Shown piece by piece: positions 13,100 through 25,947 of a DNA stretch of 64,000 bases. Below the pieces are notes generated by a model. It saw only the letters and a program-made list of their open reading frames with translations. It was not told where the DNA came from and searched no databases. How positions within the stretch are numbered: position 1 is the first letter of the stretch; each line of letters starts with the position of its first letter. A program made the position numbers and the translations under genes. The DNA is from Bugula neritina. Its lineage: Eukaryota; Animalia; Bryozoa. Location: positions 1,207,751 through 1,271,750 of the forward strand of contig OZ037773.1 of the NCBI GenBank assembly GCA_964035545.1, in the 5' to 3' direction.

Positions 13100-14266
13100 C
13101 AGGGTTGGGGTCAATTACATGTAAATGTAATTAATTACAATTACAATTACATGAAGATTTGTCAATTACAATTACAATTATAATTACAGTAAAAAATAAA
13201 TGTAATTAATTACAATTACAATTACATGGCAATGTAATTAATTACAATTACAATTACTTTTGTTCTCACAAGGAATAAATAGAAGTCACTTCTAGGGTCT
13301 AGCTACCAGGGGCAGTGTTGACAGTGGTGAACCTCTTTTGTTTTCTACAGTGATACTATTATATCATTCCATACCAAATCAACCAACTTTCAAGGGGTCC
13401 CAAGTCTTTGTGTCTCAGATTTTGCTCATATTTACACTAAATGGACCTACACATGTTCAGATCACCATTCGTGAATATTTCTGGCCTGACACAAAAACAC
13501 TTTGCGAAATTACTACTTTGGTGAACAAAGGTTGGAAAATATTTTGAGGAAAATTTGTGATTTATACTTTTAAACCAATTTATAAGTAATTTAAAATTTG
13601 ATTAAGCGAGTATTTGAAATTTTTCAAAATTTACAAAGATTTGTTCATATTCAATGACTTTGCATATATGCACACAAAGTATTCTGTAATATGTGTTGCT
13701 ACTAGTGCAAATTGATAGGTATTATCAAATCACACAGCAAATTTTAAGGCTCAGGCTAGAAAAATGATTGAGATATAGACGTTTATAGATTAGTCTAAAA
13801 GTAGAAATCACAAATTTTACTCAAAATGTTCCTCAACCTTTGTCCACAAAAGTAGTCAGTTCTCAAAAAAATTTGTGTCAGGTCAGAAATACTGAAGAAG
13901 AGTACTTGAGGCACGTGTAGGTCTATTTGGTGTAAACATTAACAAAATCTGAGACACAAATAGACGCGGTCAATTCGGTGAGCTGGCATGGAATGACCCT
14001 ACTATATTGACCTAACTATCTGAACTTGTTATTTAACAGTAGGCATTGTAGAAAAAGAAGGAGTTTTTTAAGATTTAAAAGTTTGAAGTAATTGACATGT
14101 AATTATAAAGTAATTGTAAAAATCAATTACATTAGATATGTAATTAATTACAATTACAATTACAATTACATTTTTAAGCCTCAATTACAAATTACATTCA
14201 ATTACTTGAAAAAATGTAATTAATTACAGCCAATTACAATTACAAATTACAATTACCCCAACCCTG
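13100..14266. mobile_element. Non-autonomous hAT element
   Basis: TIRs CAGGGTTGGGG / CCCCAACCCTG, 8-bp TSD GCACCAAC (13092-13099; 14267-14274), subterminal (AATTAC)n arrays at both ends. Confidence 0.9.
13361..13999. mobile_element. Long-TIR MITE nested in the hAT element
   Basis: TCATTCCATACCAA at 13364 vs TGGCATGGAATGACCC ending 13999; inner arms TTTGTGTCTCAGATTTTG...GGACCTACAC / GTGTAGGTC...CAAAATCTGAGACACAAA; imperfect inverted arms ~190 bp. Superfamily not assigned. Confidence 0.7.
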
Positions 14267-14599
14267 GCACCAACAACCGAATACCCTAACGCTGAGTCCT
14301 AACTACCCCCTAAAGAACATTGATGGAAGCTGGAGTCACATCGAAAGCCAAGCAACCCATTAAAGTATACCAATCTAAGCTGACTCACAGACTTCAACTT
14401 TTATATAATATTTTGTGAGTCGCAATAGCCTTAAAGTAGTGGATTTCCGTTACAACAGTAGTGACACCCTTTATTACTTGCTCGCTAATAAAGAAGCCCG
14501 AGCATGTAGCTTCTCACAAGACGAATAGCAAAATTATATATATATATATCTTGAGAGTAGGTAGTAGTGATCCCGTCCAGCGCCAGCTCTGTAGGAGAA

Positions 14600-15648
14600 G
14601 GCGGGCAAGTTGGGTCAAAAACTGATCTTTTTAATGTTGTGGCAGATCTAAGCGTATAAATAACAAACTTTTTGTGCCCTTAGCACCCTATAAATTTGCT
14701 CAGACTCCACTGCAGATTTGTTTAGCTGTGATGGCTTAGGGAATGTGTCCTGTGGATTCTTTTTGTAAAAGTCCAATCTCCGATTTTTTTTATCCTTGCC
14801 AACCACCGTTCCGAGAAAACCTATGGTTGAACGTTTTCCTTCGTATTTTACCACCACAAACGCCCCTTCTACATCTGAGACATCCTGTTCTTTTGCCTCC
14901 GCCTCGGATGGCGAATCGCTGTCTGTCTCTAGCAGAACTATATCATTCTGCTCAAGTTCACTGCAAGGTTCTGGCTCTATTCGTATAGGCCTACGCTTAG
15001 GTCGTTTCTTTCTTTTGTTTAACTTGTCTGCTCTGTTCTTCTTCGATTCTCTCTTTCTCTGGTGTGTCTGTCAGTATAGCAGTTTTTATCCGCTTTCTTC
15101 TGTGTGCCTCATTTTTTCTCAGAGCAGCTTTAGGCAGAAGAAGAATCTCCTGAAGGGTAACAGGCTGCTTAATGGTAGCCACCACCAGTGAAGTAGAAGT
15201 ATTCTGAGAGGTACCCCTGCCAATAAACCAAAAGTACCAGGCGTGCTTGGGTTGTGGATTGGAGTCTGGGACAAAGTTCGCTAAGATGAACTTGGCTGGG
15301 TTGAATCAGATCATCTTGCTCATTGACCACTGTTTGAGGTCTGTCCGTAATATCGGCTGGAATGTAGTCAGCGTTGGTAAATATGCCAGATGAGCGAAAG
15401 CCCAGTGTTATATTGACAAAAGTCTTGCTTTGCCCAAATGCTCGCTCTGTTAGGGTGCCAGTGTCTTGTATTTTTATGCTCCTGTTTAAATAGGTTCTCA
15501 TTAAGTTATCCATTGCCCTGTTGAAGTATGTTTCCATTGGACTGAAAACAGTTTTATCCAAAGGCTGTAATCGGTGTGAAGTATGTGGCGGCAAGGCGAG
15601 CAGAACAACTTCTAATTCTTTAGCAAGAGTTACAGACTCTAGGGATAG
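14600..15648 (-). mobile_element. pogo/Tigger-like DDE transposase remnant (3' half, frameshifted)
   Basis: LSLESVTLAKELEVVLLALPPHTSHRLQPLDKTVFSPM (DDE_1 PPHxSHxLQPLD motif), GFRSSGIF, downstream KTAILTDTPEKERIE; fragments spread over ORFs 15169-15594, 14997-15185, 14648-14857. Confidence 0.85.
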
Positions 15649-15649
15649 A

Positions 15650-16105
15650 TTTTGTTTTTGTATTGTTTTTATTTATTTAACACTTATGAAAAATTTACAA
15701 GAATGAGAAAAAAATAGCAAAAAAATGTGTTTAGGCCTATGGCACAATAACACTGCAGCTAGTCGAGGCACCAGGCTTTTGCTGAGGAGAACTAACAGTT
15801 AGCTGTCTAAAAATACAAAATCAAACAAGTTACATTGAGTCAAGCAAATAAGACTTTACAGCACGCTTGAAATCACCATCTCTTGCAACAGCACAAATTG
15901 ACTTCGGCAGCCCATTCCACAAGAATGCACACTGGTAACTCACTCTACGATGTCCGAAAGCGGTTGTAGATTTGGGCAGTTTTAAATTATATTTGGCAGC
16001 TCCAGTTAAGTAATTGTGGCAAGAATATGAATCATTGGAGTAAAAGGTTTGATGAGCAAGTAATAATAATTTATATTTGTATTGTAATTAGACAGGAAGT
16101 ATTAA
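15650..16105 (-). mobile_element. LINE (CR1/L2 group) 3' end: ORF2 C-terminus, 3' UTR and A-rich tail
   Basis: Minus-strand translation from the TTAA at 16102-16105: LILPV*LQYKYKLLLLAH...HNYLTGAAKYNLKLPKSTTAFGHRRVSYQCAFLWNGLPKSI...FKRAVKSYLLDSM* (stop ~15830); tail AAATAAATAAAAACAATACAAAAACAAAAT ending ~15650; continues in frame from ...KPLFLHS at 21430. Confidence 0.85.
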
Positions 16106-19100
16106 ACATCGTAGGCATCCAGGTTATTTTGATAAAATCAATTACTGTTAATTGAAAGATCATACTTTTTTAGTTACATTCACAAAATATATAAAAAAAA
16201 TCTCAATTCAATATACCAGAAAAAATGAATTAAAATATATGTGTTAATAGCACTGATATTGACGTGACCGTGGCACATGAAAAATCTGAAAGAAGAGTTG
16301 TCTTCTTTTTTTCTATATTAATATATAGAGCTTGTCGTGAAAATAAAGATTTTAAAAAAAAAATATTGTGACCCTCTGGTAACTTCCAGAATTTAGAAAA
16401 TTGGCTCATATATTTCCTTTTATGTGGACAACAGCTCACTTTTTTTTAAATTTATTTTGAAGCTCTTTTCGTAAAAAATATTTAAAAGTAAAAAATCCAA
16501 AATTTTTACAAATTGGTTCGGGGCTTGATGTGAAAGGCATTTAGACGAAGATGTCAAGGTCACCATTAATAAATTTATTTTATCACAATACTGCACGGAA
16601 AGTTAATGAAGTGAGCTGAAAATTAGGTTGCTAGCATATCGATATACATTATATTGATTGTTGCAGTATTATTTTTTAAATTTGTTTTATCAGTTATGTT
16701 TAACTTCTTCATAGAGCTGCTGTTAGACTAAGAGTAAGACATAATATTAGCAACAATGATAATAATATTAAATTCACGAAGAAGTATCAGTATCACTATC
16801 ACTATGAGTATGACTATGACTATCACTATGAGTGTCGTAATCGTATAAATTAATTATGAGTATGAGTATCACTATGACATTAACTCAATCAGTGATTGAC
16901 TAATACTGTGAATATGACTATGCATAACTCAATGAGAATATCAATATGAATATGGCTTCTAATTCTTGTAACTTTTGACTATGACGATGCTGATAGTGAT
17001 AATCACTGCCAGCCCAAGTCTCATACTCATAGTGATACTATTACTATTGTTTATTAGTATTAATAATTAGTATTACTATTAGTACAACTACTAGTATTAC
17101 TCATACTTCTGTTAATGATGCAGATGATAGTTTTAGAAGTTCTACTTCTACTTTTATAGTACGCTAGATTCAGATTGTATATGTTGAACTCTACTCATTT
17201 TTTACTACTAATGCTAATACTAATAGTAATAGTAATAATGATTATAGTTGTTATAATGATAGTAATACTAATGGTAATAATAACTATTTAAATTTGATAA
17301 TTTATGTTTTACAACAGCATTATCACTTATCAATTACATTGGTTCATAATATGCTTATTTTAATTTTGCTTTGTGTGTTTTGTCATGTTATAAAATTAAG
17401 TTCGTATGGTTATTTAATGAACTAGAGAACTAGCCAAATGTTATGTAACAGTTGCAATAATTTACTATAAACTCAGTGAAATTTAAAACCTAATTGATAT
17501 TACTATGACATTGATTGTACAGAGGTAGCTAAAATATACATTAAATTACCAATAATTTTAACTCGCCAATACACTATGAGTAGAACAATCAAATGCAATA
17601 ATAGAAAATTAATTAGTCATAGCAGCCCGTTGCTTGAAGAACATCGAGCTACAGGTCTAAAATTATGTAGTTTTGTGATCCCTTACATAACAAAATAATT
17701 TTTTTCAAACTGGTTTAATACTTTTATTATGAACACGCTTATCAAAGTAACATGTTTGTAATGTATATTCTATTAAAAAATCAATCACATCAGGTTTTCA
17801 ATTTGTATGTTGTACAATGTTTATTATGGTGACAAGTTACTAAATCATATGGTTCAGCTTTGTAAAGTAAAGCTGATAAAATAAATACAAGTATGTGATT
17901 GTTTTACTGCTATATATTAAATTTAAATGAGTTGAATAATATCCTAGTGCAGTGAATTAGATATTTTTTAGCTTTGGTACACCTGTTTGTTATAGGCTAA
18001 CATTCTACCAATAGAAGAATGGTGCAAGTAGAAGAAATTTCAGGCGCAGAAAGCTAAGGAGCAGTCAGAATGCTGCCAGAGTTGTGAAGAGGCACTTAAA
18101 AAAGCTGAATTTCAATAATGACATGACATTCGTAACATATCACCCTGGTGTATTTGAACTGACATGGCCAGCAGAGTTCTCGAAGTCACATTCAACAGCT
18201 ATTTACATCATCATGGTTAGCTTAAATTTAATTCCTTTATTAGTCTCTAATATATAGTTTGATATCTGCTGTAAATTCGCTTAAGGAGCATACACATAAG
18301 CAAAACTGAGTTACACTATAGTATTTGTTCTTGAATATATTTACCAAGATAAGTAGATAATTTGCTAATTCATTAACAGTAAAATTATAATGATACAACA
18401 ATTTTTCTTTTAGATGATTCAATCAATAACACAAGACACTACAACATGGTTTTGCAGTTATAGAGTATTAATTTTCTGGCTCTTTCCAAATCTTCATAGA
18501 AGGCAAAGAAAACCACCGTCAGCTTGCCTTTATAACTGAGTGCAAGCTTCTTCCACCTACAGATGATGATAAACAATTTGCTGATGTGGAACTTTCTAAT
18601 TTTGTTTACAATGAAGATAGATTATAGGACATTATTCTTTATGTAAAGATTGTCAAGTTTTGTTATAATTAAGAACAGTTTTAGTTTCAATAAATCAGTT
18701 CAACATTATGGACATCATTGCACAAACATTTTAATCTTTACTACCTACAAAGGTATCTGATGGACTACTTGAAAATACAAAACTATGCTCCAGATACACA
18801 ATGAACTGACCAGCAAAGTTAAAATGAGTTGGAGATGTAGAACATAATATCTTGTTCAAGGCTTTTCCCTGCTGTTGGAACCTTCTACTTCAGAACACTG
18901 AAATGAACAAACATATGTAGATATATAAAACTTTGCAAACAATAATAATGTGAAATTAGTTGCTAAGTATGACATTGCTAATAAATACAGCGTTGTGTAA
19001 TGTTTTATTTAATTTTTTTTTGAGCCATTTGATCTATAGGCCCGCATAGTATTTACTATATTATAACTAATAAATGGCAGACACATTATGTCAGACCAGT

Positions 19101-21425
19101 CTCCATTTAAATATAATAGTGTAGGCTATCAAATTTGTAGAAGTAAAAAACCGCATTCTTATTGAGTAAAATGCTTACCTTTTTTTTCATGATGCCTCTA
19201 CTGCTAAAGAGAAGTTTTTATCAATACAGCTCCATCAATCTGTATCCCGATGAAGCTAGTAGTTTAGGAACATTTGTGGCGGGGAGTGTAGGCTGAGCTG
19301 CAGTATAGGAAGAACCCCAACATATGTAATCTATTCAGCACATTATATGTATTGTAGAAATTTATTCAAAAAAGAATTTAGAAAATGCTTTATGAAGCAT
19401 GAACAAAGTAAAAATTAATGCTGGTGAAAGTAATATTATTACACCCATTAGAGTTACTAGCAGCTATAGCATTAAAATTATGTATTTTTATAAAATGTGT
19501 CTAATTTATGCTACAAAGTTATTACTGCCAAAGGTTACAAAATTTACCAGTCGCATTCATGCAGCTGATGGAGAATAACTAACCTTCACATGCAATAAAT
19601 ACAATTAGTAGCTCAATCTAAAACTAATGTTATGAGTATAAGTTATAGTTATTCTAAGGAATAATTGCAAAAAAAGTTACTTAGAGGAATTTAACTTTTA
19701 TTATAATGTAATTATCTTCCAAGATATATTACAACATCACTACTTGGATGCATACAATGTCATATTTATATTGGCATCAACATAATTTTCAATAATTTCC
19801 AATCTATTAACTTGAGCATTATGATTGTGATTATTTTATAAATAAGGCGATGATTAGGCACTGTTGGTATTTTGGTTCAATTTATTTATAGCTGTAACAG
19901 GCAGAGTTGTAAATATAATGGATATATCAAAATTCCAATAGGTATAGTACTCTAACACAACATTGATACTAATAATTGTAGTCACTTACTCTTAGAGTTA
20001 GTGAATGATGATACAGTCATAACAATTCGAATATCAATCAGCATTAGAGATAGACTGACTGCTTTATAATATTATAGTTATTATGTCAAATTGAATTTAT
20101 TCACTATAACTAAAAAAATTATGATTATAATTATAAATTAAAATAATTTAAATATTATATAATATATTGATAATTATTGGAATCATAATTATATTTATTG
20201 TTATGATCATTATGATTATAATTATTTAATATTATCTTTATGTTTGTATTTAAAGTTGTTCCTTAAATCTAAAGTTGTTTAAGTTTTATAAATTTATTAT
20301 AATTATATTACTGTATAAGTATTGCTATTAGTATTAGTATTAGTATAATTAAATTATTATAATTTATATTTTATTATTTATATTTATTTCACTTTTTATT
20401 TTAAGACCAACAGTTCAAATTAATACTTGTGTTGTTTGCTTTATATTATAACTTACAAGTATAACTATTAACATAATAATATTAGATTTGCTATTAGTAT
20501 TACTATGAATATAAATATTTATGTTAATATAGCTATCGGTATAACTTATACTTATAGTTATAACTAATATTACAAGTATTACTATTAGTATTACTGTAAG
20601 TGTATTAGTTTCGAAGCTGATCCTGCTCCGTAACATTAACATACTGAATACTGATACTGTCATATGATTATCATTATGACTAATAATGGTATTAATAAAT
20701 ATAACCATTGAATATTATTAATAATAGTTCACCAATACTAATAGGCGATAGTCATAGACTTAGAGTGAGAGTCATAGACATAGACTAGTGATACTCATAC
20801 TCATACTGATAGTCATAGTGATACTGTGATTCAGTCATTCACTGATTCAATTACAAATTTTAAAACTTGGTTTTACGTAGACAACTACTAACCTATAGTT
20901 CATCACAAAACGGTTGAAAATCATCATTTACTGCATATTTAAGAGTAATTTCTGGTAGTGTGGTCGACATGATAATTGAAATTAAAATAGGAAAAATAAT
21001 TATTTTGTGATTTACAGCAAGTTACAAACTAGCGAAATGGAATAGTCCATTTGAAAACAGTCAAATTAGTTACCTTTCTTGCTGTTGCGTAGCTAACGTT
21101 AGTTATTAGTAGCCGCCCGAAGAGTAACATTCATGTGATTTGAGCTACGAATAACGAAATCTGTGACAAACCCGCTTCTTAATAACTTTACGCGATATAA
21201 ACTCACGCTACAATAGGGCTATTTTGCCATCCCCACGTCAGAATAGGACACGGCGGGCAAGCTCGCGGGCAAGTCTGGGCAAGTCTAAGACACCTAATAT
21301 GACCACTTTTACTTGCATTTTTGTAGTGTTTTCGTATAAGAAATTGGATAAAATGCTGATAAAACAGTTGAAAAGCATGCAAACTTTTGCTCAAATGTAA
21401 TAAATAACCTGGACGCTTACGGCCT
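16106..21425. mobile_element. Kolobok-like DNA transposon (decayed), TTAA TSD
   Basis: TTAA at 16102-16105 and 21426-21429; imperfect TIRs ACATCGTAGGCATCCAGGTTATTT vs AGGCCGTAAGCGTCCAGGTTATTT (19/24); removal rejoins LINE ORF2; contains P2X7-ballast/KolX-like relic and AT-rich ATTAGT/ACTATG intron-like arrays. No intact transposase recognised. Confidence 0.75.
17623..18627 (+). pseudogene. KolX / P2X7 C-terminal ballast-domain-like spliced pseudogene
   Basis: Exons ~17623-17654, 17996-18215, 18414-18627 give EEWCK*KKFQAQKAKEQSECCQSCEE..., VTYHPGVFEL, RVLEVTFNSY, WFCSYRVLIFWLFPNLHRRQRKPPSACLYN, PPTDDDKQFADV; matches remembered WCxCxxC...ExxCC / HPxF / YRxxxxW...RxxxPxC...FP pattern; internal stops and frameshifts. 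Confidence 0.65.
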
Positions 21426-21429
21426 TTAA

Positions 21430-24016
21430 GGAATGTAAAAATAATGGTTTAGTGTGTGTCAATGGAGATTTTTAATAAATTAATTTTACTAATCGCTTTT
21501 GTAATAAGTTAATTTGGTTAATGTAACTTTTGCTGCGCTTCCTCATGATTCAAGACAGTATTTGATTTTGGAATTTATAAAAGAGTTATATATTACGATT
21601 AACACTTTTCTTGGTAGGAAACTTGAACATTTAAATAGCATTCCTATCATTGGCCTCAGCTTTTTACACAATTTGTCTATATGCAAATTCCATGACAGAG
21701 ATTTGTCAATTTCAACATCTAAAAATTTGATTGAGTTTGTTTCTTTTAGATATGAGTCGCCAATTTTTATTGAATTTAGGTTTAGTTTGCGTTTGTTTTG
21801 AGGTGTTTGTAATTCAAGATAATTTGTCTTTTCTAAGTTTAGAGTAAGTTTATTCAAGTTGCACCAATTTTTTTTAAGTTCTAATTCATCATTTATTGTA
21901 TTAATGTGTGAATTTAAATTTTTGCTTCTAAAGAATAAGTTTGTATCATCAGCGTATAGTATTGGATTGAGTGATTTATTAACCGTTGGTAGATCATTTA
22001 TGTAAATTAAAAATAAGGTGAGACCTAAGATGGAGCCCTGAGGCACGCCACATGTTATATCGTTTACATTAGAAAAATGTGGGTTTATCATAGTAAGTTG
22101 CTTATGATTTGAAAGGTAGTTTGAAATAAGGGTAACGCTAGTGTTTGAAAAATTGAGGCTTTTTATTTTATCAATTAAAGTACGATGGTCAATTGTATCA
22201 AAAGCTTTACTAAAATCCAAAAATGTTCCCAACACAGAATCTCCATCATTCAACGCTTCCAGTACACTATCTGTAAATTGAGCCAGTGCATGTGAAGTAC
22301 TTTTGCTTTTCCTAAAGCCATATTGTTGAGGATTTAAAATATTTTCACTTTCTTAAAAGTTGGCAATTTATAATATTTTCTATAATTCTGCTAAGAGCTG
22401 GAAGAATCGAAATAGGCCTATAATTGGTACAGTCAGTTGTTATACCTTTTTTGTGTAAAGGTTTTACCTTTGCAATTTTCAGAGTATCTGGAAATACACA
22501 ACTTTGGAAACTTTCATTAATAATGTGAGTTGAAGGAATAGATAGTATATGTGCGCTTGTTACAATCAACTTTGCTGGCATTTGGTCAAGCTTTCTTTTA
22601 ATATCCATGTTTTTTAGCAAAGCCTCTACATATTGGCTGCAAACTGGTAAAAATTGAAAGCTATAATGTGGCTTTTTTGCTGTAATGTTAGAATTGGTTG
22701 CCTCAGCTTGGTAGTTAAATTTTTTTGCCAAAGACGCTCCGACTGATGTGAAATATTTGTTGAAACAATTTGCTATGTCTTGATCACTTGTGAAAACAGA
22801 ACCGTTGTAGCAAAGTTGATTTGGCCCTGATGAAACAATTTTGCGTCGTTTTCCAAGTTGCTCATTTATCACTCTCCAACATTTTGAAGCTTCTGATGTC
22901 CGAAAAATGGTCTGAAAATACTGAGTTTTAGCTTCATGGATCTGTTTAGATACCTGGTTTCTTGGTGTTTTAAATTTATGTTTTAATTTAGTGTTGAAGG
23001 GAGAGTGTAAGGATTTTCTATAAACATAATCTCTTTTATTAATTAATTTTATAATTTCAAATGTCATCCAAGGATTTTTCGGCATTTTAATCTTATTCTC
23101 TCGTGTTTCAAGGGGATCGTGCTTGTTACAAATATTTAGAAAATTATTTGCAAAACTATTGTATTTACTGTAAACTTCGGGCTTACAATAAACTTTATTT
23201 TTCCAATTTATGTCACTCAGTTCTTTTAAAAAAGTTTTTGTATCAAAGGTTCTATAGTTTCGACTTGTGATGTTTTCGGTAGGTTTAAAATGACTACTAT
23301 CATTTTCAAAGCTAATAAATGTTGGTAGGTGGTCTGCAACCTTAGTCATTATTGTTCCTGAGGTAACTATTTTGTTGTTAAAGTTTATATTGATATGGTC
23401 TATACAGGATTTAAATCTAGTCGGTATAGTGATAACATTTGAGAAATTTGCGCTAGCAAGAATATTAAGATATTCTTGGCTTACCCTATCCGATTTCAGT
23501 GTATCAATATTTATGTCACCCAATATAATGTGACTGTGTCCCTTAGTAAGAATGTACCGCCGAGATCGCAGAGAAAGGCGCCAGTGTCTGAGGAAGGCTG
23601 CCGGTAGACAACAGTAAGGTAGTCCAAACATGCTTAAGACTCCACCTCCCAATTCCAATAGCAAGGATTCTGTGCCAGCTATCGTGATATCATTACATTT
23701 AAATGCCTCCTGCAGCACCATTGCTCACATAGACCCCAACTTCCCCCTCCCTCTAGTTAAACGTTGTTTGTGTACAAAAATCATAACCATTTAAAGGATA
23801 GTTACTAGTCTCGTCATCATACAAACAAGTTTCAGTAATACATATAAGGTCAAAAGGTTTATTAACACTACTCACAAAAACTTCAAGGGACTCAAAATCT
23901 GGGCGCAAGCTTTGAATATTTATATTTAGAAATATTGTAGAACAAGAAAAATCAGTAACTGTACATTTATTTTGAAAATTTTTAGCGGAAAATTCTTTAC
24001 ATATAATCATAGGCAT
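21430..24016 (-). pseudogene. LINE ORF2 (APE + RT), disrupted
   Basis: ORFs 23753-24016, 22345-23721, 21543-22253 are consecutive pieces of one APE-RT polyprotein; YADD at ~21945-21957. Confidence 0.88.
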
Positions 24017-24067
24017 GAATTTCTGTGTAGTTGATTAAAAAAAGAGTCAAAAACAAGTAACAGAAAG

Positions 24068-24774
24068 TTAACCCAACATTGCTAAATCATTTATAGTTCT
24101 AGTTGGTATAACCTCACTGTCTGGTGTCTTTCTTAAAAAGGTTCTGTTGTTATTGGTCGATGCAAAATTGTAACCATATTCCTTCTTATATGTTGGAACT
24201 TGATGAAAAAGAGCGGTTTGTTTAGGTGTTAGCATTTCATTTGCAAAAATTCTGCTATTGTTTGACTTGAAACCTAAATCACTAGCAACAACTTTTTGCT
24301 CTCTTGCAACTAGATAGGAATTTATCACACTTATGTATTTGTAAAAATTGCCTTACAATCTTGTCTGACTTTTTTTATCCTGTAAAGATTGTTTATGTCG
24401 GTGTTTGGGTTGATTTCATAGCTCACTTTATCTGAAAACACTTTAATTGCTTGAAAAAGATCTTTGCCTGCTTTGTAAGGAATTCCATCTATAACCAGGT
24501 TCCTCCTATTTCTATGGTGGGTTAGCTGATCTAACTGCTCTTCTAAGTCTACAATCTTTTTAGCATTTACACCTTTTAGGTTAACCTTGAATTCTTGCAT
24601 TTCATCTGACATGAAGTTTAAACCTTTTGTTATCTCCATTTGCTCGTATTCTAACTTTTTAAGTCTGGAATCAAAGTTATCTAATTTTGCTAATATTAAA
24701 ACCAATTTTTCATGAATTGAATCAGGTGTTTTTGAAGGTGTTGAAATTGATGTTTTACTTCCTCTACTAGGCAT
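24068..24774 (-). pseudogene. LINE ORF1 (frameshifted)
   Basis: Two adjacent ORFs with coiled coil and NLVIDGIP / IFANEMLTP motifs typical of CR1/L2-group ORF1. Confidence 0.75.
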
Positions 24775-25540
24775 TATGGGAATGAAAATTCACCTAATTG
24801 AGGGACAGTTTAAACCAACCCTGTGTTTTCCGGTGCTAATCCTGATGGAGTTCTTTAGTGTTTTCTTTGGAGTTTTGTTCTTCTGCCACAGAGTGGTTAA
24901 TATAGAATGATTAACCTTTCTGCCGTCTATCTCTTGGTCATCAGATGCCTGCCACAGGCAGGTGGGCGAGCATAAAAAATGGCTTCAACTGGCTAACTTT
25001 TTTGTAACTCACCTAAAATAGTGTGATTTATTTATTATATACGCAGTATAGCAAGATGATTAGGTACAAATGTAGCTTACAGCACACCAAAATGTATTAT
25101 ATTAGCTCTGGCTCCAACTGGCTAACTTTTTTGTAACTTTGATGTTAACTAGCCAAGCTTTTGAAGTGTCTGTAACTGTCTTGGAGTTAATTACACCTAG
25201 TCATAAAGAATTATCACCTAGAAAAAGTCCATCCATTTCTTCATAGTCAATTGCTTATTGTTTAAAATCAAAGACAAAATACTAGTAATCAGTTTCTTAC
25301 ATTGCTTTGGGTATTGACATGCAGTGAGCACACAATGCGTGTGGAATGTATAATTTCCCTCTTCTAGAATATTCTATTGGAATTTCCAGTATTACAGCTT
25401 TCTTGGCACTTTCCCAATGCTTTGCCAACGTGGCTTTGGCACTTTTCCAAACTGCTGCTGCCATTATAAGGGTCCTGTCATATGACTAAGAATTCTAAAA
25501 TAAGAGTCCCTACCTGACACAATACTTTGCTAGTATTTGC

Positions 25541-25947
25541 CAGAGATGATCTATATCCAGAGTGGCGACTTTAGGGCATGAGAAACCATTATGCCGCATT
25601 CTGTGCTGGGAGTTTATATAAGTTTTAAAGGAAAAATTTTGCAACTTTAGTTATTTTATAACTTTTTTTTTATTTTATGTGTACATTTTTTTAGTTTTGT
25701 TTATTGGTATAGTTTTTAAACACATTTTTATGTATAGAAAATTAAAAAAAAATTAAAACTCACTTATGCACGTAAATACAAAGCTATAAAGTTTAAATTT
25801 TGCTGTGATTACAATGTGAATATGAATAGAATAATGCTTGCAATAACCATTTTACACAAAATGCATAACAATTGCTTTAAATGTAAGACTAGTGAATGAT
25901 GTTTTTATGATATTCCCTAAAGTCGCCACTCTAAATAAATCACACTG
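25541..25947. mobile_element. MITE with 8-bp TSD (hAT- or P-type)
   Basis: GTATTTGC|CAGAGATG...CACACTG|GTATTTGC; perfect inner inverted repeat AGAGTGGCGACTTTAGGG (25559) / CCCTAAAGTCGCCACTCT (ending 25932). Confidence 0.82.

Larger units (their letters stand above)
21426..24900 (-). mobile_element. LINE (CR1/L2 group) body: ORF1, APE endonuclease and reverse transcriptase, degenerate
   Basis: ORF1 pieces 24331-24774 and 24068-24328 (coiled coil, NLVIDGIP, IFANEMLTP); APE motifs NINIQSL, ICITET, VVYRQP, ILGDINID, SCIDHI; RT motifs NYRPISIL, FLDFSKAFDTIDH, GVPQGSILG, YADDT. Multiple frameshifts/stops. 5' boundary approximate. Confidence 0.92.

Noticed and set aside
18700-20970. Minus-strand transposase exons inside the Kolobok-like element
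   Set aside because: Splice-like signals and an ATG at 20970 exist but translations contain many stops and no recognisable THAP/DDE motif.
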